DNA from: an uncultured Planctomycetota bacterium | GTDB taxonomy: Bacteria > Planctomycetota > Planctomycetia > Gemmatales > Gemmataceae | Length of the DNA: 64,000 nt | NCBI GenBank assembly: GCA_963849325.1 | Contig: CAWKHF010000002.1 | Coordinates: 224,001-288,000, forward strand | Reading direction: 5' to 3' | Shown: positions 56,361 to 64,000 of the stretch, one piece after another | Layout of the letters: each line of letters starts with the position of its first letter | Numbering within the stretch: position 1 is the stretch's first letter | Made by a program: the position numbers and the translations under genes | The notes under the pieces: generated by a model | Seen by the model: the letters and a program-made list of their open reading frames with translations, nothing else | Database searches by the model: none | What the model was told of the DNA's origin: nothing

Positions 56361-58168
56361 TCACTTTGTCGCCGGTTTCACGGTGATCGCACGCAGGTCC
56401 ATGACAGCGGCAGCTGCCTTCTTCTTCGGCTTCACCATCAGCGTGTACCGTCCTGCCTTGTCGAGCGTCACCGTACCGATGGTGCGGGCCTTGAAGTTTT
56501 GGAAGTGCCCCGTGTCCTCCACCGTGAACATCATCGACTTGTCGGCGATAGATAGCTCGACTTCACTGCCGCCCTGGCCCTTGCCGCATCCTTGCAACAC
56601 CTCAACGGCGAACGTGCCGGGTTTGGTAATGGTGAACTCCCACGACGCCCAGTCCTCCGCTCGCACCCAGAAACCGAGCGTGTTCTTGTGCGGCAGCGGT
56701 TCGTAGCGCAGCTGCGTGCCGTGGACCTCCGCCGTTCGCGCCGGCAACCTCACCCTACCATCCGTTGCCTGTGGGTTCGGCCGGTAATCCGGATTCGGCC
56801 GCATCATCCGCGCCCCGACTTCCTTCCTCCAGGCGGCGAGCTTCTCGCCCAACTCCTTCGCCACTTCCGGCTTCTCGGCGATCAGGTTGTGCGATTCACC
56901 GGGATCTTTCGTGAGGTTGTACAGCTCGCGTCGGCCGTCCTCGTAGAACTCGATGAGCTTGGAGCCGCCGACGCGAATGGCCGCGCCAGGCCGGCCGCCC
57001 TGGTTGCTGTAATGTGGATAGTGCCAGAACAGGGCGTCCCGCTTGAGGGTGTCTCCCCGAAGCAGCGGCACGAGACTGACGCCATCGGTCTGGACATCGT
57101 TCTTGACGTCGCAGGCATCGAGGATCGTCGGGAAAACGTCGATGCTGCATACCGGCGTGGCGCTGGTGCTGCCCGGCTGGATGTGTCCCGGCCATTTCAC
57201 GATCAGCGGCACGCGCAGGCCGCCCTCGTAGAGATAGCCCTTGCCCTCGCGCAGCGGGGCGTTGATCGTCGCCGGAGTGTTCGGTCCCTCCGTCACGCAC
57301 AGCCCACCGTTGTCCGACGTGAACAGAACGATGGTGCGCTCGCTCAGCTTGAGGTCGTCCAGCTTTTGAAGGACGCGGCCGACGCCCTCGTCGAGGCTTT
57401 CGATCATGGCGGCGTAAATCGGATTGCCTTGCTGTCCCGACCGGCCCGGCTTGTAGTGGGCGATCATCTCGGCCTTCGCCTTGAGCGGGATGTGGACCGT
57501 GTAGTGAGCGAGGTAGAGGAAGAACGGCCGATCGCGGTTCATCTCGATGAATTTCACCGCCTCCGTCGTCAGTCGGTCGGTGAGGTACTCGCCCTCCGGA
57601 GCGCGCTCCAGTCCGGGAATGAAACGACCGTCCTTGTTCTTGTACGGGGCGAAGTAACTGCGCGGCGAGCCGGCGGCGTCGCCGGCGATGTTGACGTCGA
57701 AGCCGCGATCTTCCGGCGCCGATCCCTTGCCGCCGAGGTGCCACTTGCCGACGTGGCCGGTGGCGTATCCCGCGGACTTGAGCGCGGCGGCGAGCGTTGT
57801 CTCCGTCGCCGGCAAAGCCTGGTTGATGACGGGGCGCAGCAGCTTCTGGTCGGGACGGTCGGATCGTCCGGGCAGCCAATCGGTGAGGTTGAGCCGGGCC
57901 GGATACTTGCCGGTGAGCAGGGCGGCGCGCGTCGGCGAACAAATGGAGGCGGCGGCGTAGGCGTGGGTGAAGCGTAGCCCCTTGGCGGCGAGACGGTCGA
58001 GATTCGGCGTCTTGTGGTAGGTGCTGCCGTAGCAGGCGAGGTCGGCCCAGCCGAGATCGTCGGCGAGGATGACGATGACGTTCGGCCGACGGGCCGGCGT
58101 CTCCTCGTGCGCGTCGCCGAGGCGATTGCAGCCATCACCAGCCAGCCCGTGACGAATCGCGCAAGCAT
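56361..58168 (-). CDS. Exported Cys-type sulfatase with a C-terminal beta-sandwich module; frameshift near 58115
   Basis: PNVIVILADDLG, CSPTRAALLTG, GKWHLG, SDNGG, YEGGLRVP; the signal peptide is in the adjacent frame starting at 58168. Confidence 0.9.
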
Positions 58169-58185
58169 GGGTTTTTCGCTCCTCT

Positions 58186-58282
58186 CCCCTCTCCCCCGCT
58201 TCGGGGGAGAGGGGTTGGGGGTGAGGGGGAGTCTGCCCCCTCACCCCCAACCCCTCTCCCCCGGAGTACCGGGGGAGAGGGG
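58186..58282. repeat. G/C-tract palindromic element (CCCCTCTCCCCC...GGGGGAGAGGGGTTGGGGGTGAGGGGG and its complement)
   Basis: Nested inverted repeats between the ABC permease and sulfatase genes. Confidence 0.85.
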
Positions 58283-58297
58283 CTTTCGCAACAGTTC

Positions 58298-59797
58298 TCA
58301 CTCCAGCCGCAGCAGCCAACTCGCCAGCCCCAGGCTGAGGGCACCGAGCGCCGCCAACACACCGCAGGCGCGAAAGACGATCACAGCGTTGGGCTGATAT
58401 ACGCCCGAACCGCCGAGCAGTTCTCGATAGGCGTCCAGCGCCCAGCCCTGAGGGGTCAACAGCGTGAAGAGCTGCGTCTGCTCCGGCATCATCTCGCGCG
58501 GCAGCACGCAGCCGCCGACCACCGCCAACACCAGTACGAGGACGCCGCCGAAGATCGCCACTTGCAATTCACTGCGCGCCACCGACGCGATCAAGAGTGC
58601 CAGCCCCATCGCCGCCAGTGACGTACACAGCACCACCGGCAGCAGCCAGGCGAGTTGTTCGGCCAGCGACCAGTGATCCGGCCCCCAGCGGATGCCGAAC
58701 AGTCCGCGGCTGGCGATCAGCAAAAACAACGTCTGCCCGACCGACAGGGCGAAGCACGGCAACATCTTCCCTAAGAGGATGTGACCGCGCGTCAGCGGGG
58801 CGGTTTGCAGCCGCCGCAGCGTACCCTGGCGCCGCTCGGCGACGAACACCCAGCCGACGATGAGCACCAGAAAGAACACGAACATGACCACGAACATCGG
58901 CACCAGGTACTTGTAGTGCTCGCCGCCGTAGCGCAGCGGCCCGCTGCCTTCGCGGTCCTCGTAGTTCTTGACCTCGGCGCCCTCGCGCGCCTCCTCCGAC
59001 GATTTCGTCAGCGACGCCCACGTCTTGCCGCGCAGATTGTACTTGCGAAACTGCTCCGCTAATGCCTTCTGCACGCCCTCGCCGACCTTCTCCTTGTACA
59101 TCTGCGCATTCTTCGCGTCGCCGCCCGCCGCCATCTTGAGCATCTCGCCGAGCTTGATCTTCTCCCTGCCGAGCAGGATGAGCTGGAATTGCTTCGGCAC
59201 CGGCAGGTTGACGTTGTCGCCCAGAAGCTGAATGAATTCCGGGTCGCTCAGCCGCTCGAAGGCCCGGCCGATCATCCACGGCAGGATGACGCGCAGCAGC
59301 GACACCTGCACCACCTGCTCGATGACCGCGGCCGTCGCCGGCTGTTTCTCGTCTTTGCACAATTGCACATCTACTTTGTCCAAATAGACGCCCTCGCGGT
59401 GAAACGGGTTGAGTCCGTCGGCCAGGAACGAGCAGCGGTTGATCTTGTCGGTGAAGCCCGGCTCGAAGATGAGAATGGCCGCCCGCTTGTGCTCGCGGAT
59501 GAGGCGTTCGGCCTCCTCGCGGCTGTCGATGACCTCGACGCGAATGTCGGCCGTCTCGCCCAGGTCGCGCCGAACCACCCGCGACCACGTTTCGCCGGGG
59601 TGCAGTCCCGAGCCGCGGTCGAGGTCCACCAACGAGATGCGCAGGCGGTTGTCCGGCTTCTGTCCGAAGCTCTCGCCGACGAACAGCCCGAACACGATGA
59701 TGAACAGCAGCGGCAGCACGAATAGCAGGATCAGCGCCACCGGATCGCGCAGCACCAGGCGCAGCTCCTTCTTCACCAGCGTCCAGACGATACCCAT
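58298..59797 (-). CDS. ABC-2 type transporter permease
   Basis: KELR..LRD, large extracytoplasmic loop, ERRQGTLRRL, GKMLP. Confidence 0.92.
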   Translation of the reverse strand: MGIVWTLVKKELRLVLRDPVALILLFVLPLLFIIVFGLFVGESFGQKPDNRLRISLVDLDRGSGLHPGETWSRVVRRDLGETADIRVEVIDSREEAERLIREHKRAAILIFEPGFTDKINRCSFLADGLNPFHREGVYLDKVDVQLCKDEKQPATAAVIEQVVQVSLLRVILPWMIGRAFERLSDPEFIQLLGDNVNLPVPKQFQLILLGREKIKLGEMLKMAAGGDAKNAQMYKEKVGEGVQKALAEQFRKYNLRGKTWASLTKSSEEAREGAEVKNYEDREGSGPLRYGGEHYKYLVPMFVVMFVFFLVLIVGWVFVAERRQGTLRRLQTAPLTRGHILLGKMLPCFALSVGQTLFLLIASRGLFGIRWGPDHWSLAEQLAWLLPVVLCTSLAAMGLALLIASVARSELQVAIFGGVLVLVLAVVGGCVLPREMMPEQTQLFTLLTPQGWALDAYRELLGGSGVYQPNAVIVFRACGVLAALGALSLGLASWLLRLE

Positions 59798-59828
59798 GTC
59801 GATGCCTCCGGCGCCATGCCACAAGCGG

Positions 59829-60764
<936 letters not shown>

Positions 60765-60854
60765 GGGTGGTCCGTTCCAGATGTTCTCCTGGTCGCGCCG
60801 ACATCATAGCAGGGCGAGCGGAGGGCGTCAGCCCCTTGCGCGCCGAAGATGACC

Positions 60855-60905
60855 TTGACACGTCAGTCATTCTGTCTTAGACTGCGCTCAGACTTTATGT
60901 CTGAG
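60855..60905 (+). promoter_or_regulatory. sigma70 promoter with two candidate BlaI-type operators
   Basis: TTGACA-17-TAGACT; palindrome CTCAGAC-TTTAT-GTCTGAG (60887-60905) and a degenerate copy TCAGTC-ATTCT-GTCTTA (60863-60879). Confidence 0.7.
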
Positions 60906-60917
60906 GCAGGAGGGTTC

Positions 60918-61325
60918 ATGGCACGAACTCCACAGGATGTCACCGATGCCGAGCTGGCGGTGCTCCAGCTACTCTGGGACGGCGGCCCGGCGACGATCCG
61001 CCAGTTGACCGACGCCCTGTATCCGGGCGGCGGCGCGGCGCAATATGGGACCGTGCAAAAGCTGCTTGACCGGCTGGAAGCCAAGGACTGCGTTCACCGC
61101 GACCGCACGGCCGCCGCGCACACCTTCGCCGCCGTCATCGCGCGGAGCGACCTCATCGGCCGGCGTTTGCAGGACATGGCCGAGAAGCTGTGCGGCGGTT
61201 CGCTGACGCCGCTGTTGACGCACCTCGTTCGCAATCGAAGCCTGTCGGCCCGTGAGCGGCGAGAGCTGCGCGACCTTATCGACGAACTGGATCAGAAGGG
61301 CAAAGGCAAAAAAGGGACACGCTGA
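60918..61325 (+). CDS. BlaI/MecI/CopY family repressor
   Basis: AGGAGG RBS; TDAELAVLQLLW, TVQKLLDRL..K, GGS..PLL.HL. Confidence 0.93.
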   Translation: MARTPQDVTDAELAVLQLLWDGGPATIRQLTDALYPGGGAAQYGTVQKLLDRLEAKDCVHRDRTAAAHTFAAVIARSDLIGRRLQDMAEKLCGGSLTPLLTHLVRNRSLSARERRELRDLIDELDQKGKGKKGTR

Positions 61326-61337
61326 GCAGGACTTGCC

Positions 61338-63236
61338 GTGGACGACTTGCCGAGCATCGCTGTGAGTAACGCCGTGGCCGCGACGATCCTGGCCGCGATC
61401 GCCCTCGCCGTCGGCGCGGTGTATCGCCGGCCGGCCGTGGTGCATGGGTTGTGGCTGCTCGTCTTGCTCAAATTGGTGACACCGCCGCTGGTGCATATCC
61501 CGGTCGCCTGGCCGACGGCGACGGAGCCGGCCAGGCTGGACCTCGCCCTTGTTGCCGAGGAACCGCCTGCCGCCACTGTGCCTCGTCCCGAGGAGGAACC
61601 GGCTGCGGTCGTCGTCCTCGCTCCGGCAGCCGAAAATGTTCCTCCGGCGAACGAACCCGCCGCCACGGTCGATCTCCCGACCGTTCCATCCTCGCCCCCG
61701 TCGCCCGATCCGCCGCTGTGGCCGCAATTGTTGTGGATCGTGTGGGGCGTCGGCTCGCTGGCCTGGTTCCTGCTGGCGCTGGAGAGACTGCATCGTTTTC
61801 GCCGCTTGCTCCGATTCGCCCAATCCGCCCCGGCGCCGTTGCAGGAGCGCGCTCGCGGCCTGGCTCGTTCGCTGGGTTTGTCCCGCTGTCCGCGCGTTCG
61901 CCTTCTGCCCGGCCGCATCGCGCCGATGCTCTGGGCCGTCGGCGGCCCGCCGCGCTTGCTCGTGCCAGTGGACCTGCTCGGCCTACTGAGCGACGAGCAG
62001 CTCGACACGCTGCTCGTGCATGAACTCGCCCACCTGCGCCGCCACGATCACTGGGTTCGCGTGCTGGAGTTCGTCGTCATGGGATTGTACTGGTGGCACC
62101 CCGTCGTTTGGTACGCCCGCCGCGAACTGCACGAGGCGGAGGAACAGTGCTGCGATGCCTGGGTCGTGTCCACGCTGCCCGGCGCCGGCCGCACTTATGC
62201 TTCGGCCCTGCTGGATACGCTCGATTTCCTGTCCACGGCCCAGCCCGCCGTACCGCCGTTGGCCAGCGGCCTGGGTCAAGTAGCCGATCTCAAAAGGAGG
62301 CTGACCATGATTATGCGTGGGACGACGCCGCGAGCGTTGAGCTGGCCCGGCTGCCTGGCCGTCGTTGTTCTGGGCCTGACCTTCCTGCCGATGCTGCCGG
62401 CGCTGCATGGGCAGCCGCCCAGTAAGGAGGAAGACACGGCGAAAACCGAGGTGGAGGAAGCCAAGGCGCGACTTGCGGCGGCCGAGGCAAAAGTGGAGGC
62501 GGTCAAGCAGAAAAACATCGTCCAGCTGATGAAGCAGTACAACGAGTTGCTTAAGGAGGGCAAGTACGCCGAGGCAGTGAACATCGCGGTGCGGCTCCAG
62601 GAGTTGGATCCTGAAAATCCGATGATCGCCGCCGCCATCAACCAGGCCATAATGCTACGCCGGGCTTCATCGTCCAAGGAGCTAATGAAAGCACTCACCA
62701 TTAGCAGCCCAGGTAGGGTCGAGAAGAAAGCAACTTATCGCATTGAGATCACAGTTCCCGTCGAAGCGAGCATGAACGATAACGAGATCCTCGAGAGGAT
62801 CAAGAAGGCTCTTCCGGAAAAGCTACGCCGCGAGATCGTTATTCGCCGCGTTCTTGTGCCGGAAAACTCCCTTGTCACCAAGCCACCGCAGTCAGAGTCC
62901 GAGAAACGCATCAACGATCTGGAAAAGAAGTTGGAGAAGGTGCTGCACGAATTGCACGAGCTGCGCAAACAGATGAAAGAACCGCGATCGGGGAGTTCGG
63001 GCACGAAACCGTCCTCTCCTACTACCACGACTCCGCGCGCCCATCCACCGATCGCTCCACAACCGCCGGGATCTGAGCCTCCGCCGCCGGTCGAAGGCGA
63101 GCGACTGCCTCCGAGCCGCAACGCGCCGGGATATCCGCAGTCCCCGCCGCCGTCCGGAGGCGCGGCACCGCCTTTGAACAATCCGTATTACGCTCCGACT
63201 ATACCTCTGAAACCCCACAAACTTATGCAGCGGTGA
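61338..63236 (+). CDS. BlaR1-like M56 metallopeptidase sensor with a non-canonical C-terminus
   Basis: LWLLVLLKL, HELAHLRRHD, YWWHP, EQCCD, LKRRL; C-terminus is coiled-coil and Pro-rich. Confidence 0.92.
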   Translation: MDDLPSIAVSNAVAATILAAIALAVGAVYRRPAVVHGLWLLVLLKLVTPPLVHIPVAWPTATEPARLDLALVAEEPPAATVPRPEEEPAAVVVLAPAAENVPPANEPAATVDLPTVPSSPPSPDPPLWPQLLWIVWGVGSLAWFLLALERLHRFRRLLRFAQSAPAPLQERARGLARSLGLSRCPRVRLLPGRIAPMLWAVGGPPRLLVPVDLLGLLSDEQLDTLLVHELAHLRRHDHWVRVLEFVVMGLYWWHPVVWYARRELHEAEEQCCDAWVVSTLPGAGRTYASALLDTLDFLSTAQPAVPPLASGLGQVADLKRRLTMIMRGTTPRALSWPGCLAVVVLGLTFLPMLPALHGQPPSKEEDTAKTEVEEAKARLAAAEAKVEAVKQKNIVQLMKQYNELLKEGKYAEAVNIAVRLQELDPENPMIAAAINQAIMLRRASSSKELMKALTISSPGRVEKKATYRIEITVPVEASMNDNEILERIKKALPEKLRREIVIRRVLVPENSLVTKPPQSESEKRINDLEKKLEKVLHELHELRKQMKEPRSGSSGTKPSSPTTTTPRAHPPIAPQPPGSEPPPPVEGERLPPSRNAPGYPQSPPPSGGAAPPLNNPYYAPTIPLKPHKLMQR

Positions 63237-63243
63237 ACAGACA

Positions 63244-63288
63244 GAACCACTTGCGGCTTGGCGCGTCGCGCTAAGCCGCAAGCGGTTC
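63244..63288. repeat. Palindrome, family C
   Basis: Related to 14943-14983. Confidence 0.75.
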
Positions 63289-63384
63289 CTGTTCGGCCCC
63301 CCGCCCTCCGCTACAATATCACTGGCGTTCATCAGCGGAGTTAAACTTTTGCCGCCAAATACCGCCTTGCACGGGAGGTCCATC

Positions 63385-63651
63385 ATGCAAGCCGAGGAAA
63401 TGTACCACCTGCTGCATAAACGTCCCTTCGAGCCGTTCCGCATCCATCTCAGCGACGGACGAGTATTCGACATTCGCTATCCGCACATGAACATGGTGGG
63501 CGTGACCTGGATTCACATCGGCGTGCTGGCCCCCGGTGATACCGACTCCGATCCGATCCCCGATCATACGGTCAAGGTCCCCTTGTCGCTCATCAGCAAG
63601 GTAGAACCGCTGCACAGCCTGCCGACACCTTCGGGTGGTCCGAAAACGTGA
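63385..63651 (+). CDS. Small hypothetical protein (paralog 1)
   Basis: GGAGG RBS; RPFEPFRIHLSDGRVFDIRYP...ISKVEPL. Confidence 0.8.
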   Translation: MQAEEMYHLLHKRPFEPFRIHLSDGRVFDIRYPHMNMVGVTWIHIGVLAPGDTDSDPIPDHTVKVPLSLISKVEPLHSLPTPSGGPKT

Positions 63652-63664
63652 GGGAAGAGGTCCC

Positions 63665-63922
63665 ATGCGTCCCCACGACGTTCTTCGGTTATTGCAACGC
63701 CAACCCTTCGAGCCTTTCCGTCTGTGCCTGGTGGATGGTGCGGCTTACGAGATCCGCCATCCAGACCAGGTGGTTGTGGACCGTTCCGTGGTGACCATCG
63801 CTGGGACTGTGGCCAATCTGCCGCTGCCTCTCGTGGAGCGCGATATAATCGTCTCCTTGCTGCACATTTCGCGTCTGGAGCCGATTGAGTCCGCCGCCAT
63901 GCCGCCAGCGGCGGGGGCGTAA
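63665..63922 (+). CDS. Small hypothetical protein (paralog 2)
   Basis: GAGG RBS; QPFEPFRLCLVDGAAYEIRHP...ISRLEPI. Confidence 0.8.
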   Translation: MRPHDVLRLLQRQPFEPFRLCLVDGAAYEIRHPDQVVVDRSVVTIAGTVANLPLPLVERDIIVSLLHISRLEPIESAAMPPAAGA

Positions 63923-64000
63923 ACGCACCAGCCGAGGCGGTCGCCTCGGCCGGTGACGGATCGGGGTGGAGAACATTACTTCTTCTCGGACTTTTTCTCG

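Noticed and set aside
58168-58319. N-terminal extension of the 652-aa sulfatase ORF (PLPRYSGGEGLGVRG...)
   Set aside because: It is the translation of the G/C palindromic repeat; the real signal peptide starts at 58168 in another frame

Overview
High-GC bacterial chromosomal window. The gene content suggests Planctomycetota, possibly Gemmataceae-like (inference). It is mostly housekeeping: citrate synthase, mgtE, panC, purM, moaE, a complete F1Fo ATP synthase operon, rpsB-tsf, glcDEF, deoC, mtaB. About 30 single-base frameshifts fall in otherwise intact genes, including essential ones, so they are read as uncorrected long-read indels rather than pseudogenes. The best candidate for an undescribed system is at 1379-9423. 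It is a co-directional three-gene cluster of three proteases, each with a predicted signal peptide and intact catalytic residues: a caspase-like C14 peptidase with a DUF4384-like tail, a CspA-like S8 subtilase, and a 42-aa-TPR/CHAT protease. This looks like a possible extracytoplasmic proteolytic cascade. Other notable items: a 1216-aa nucleoside hydrolase/sugar dehydrogenase/Ig/diheme cytochrome fusion; a nucleotidyltransferase gene between atpG and atpD; extensions or insertions in AtpE, AtpF, AtpB, AtpA, RpsB and MgtE; an ApbE-DoxX-Tat oxidoreductase module; a BlaI/M56 pair with a visible double operator; and several families of REP-like intergenic palindromes. No rRNA, tRNA, CRISPR array or transposase was seen.
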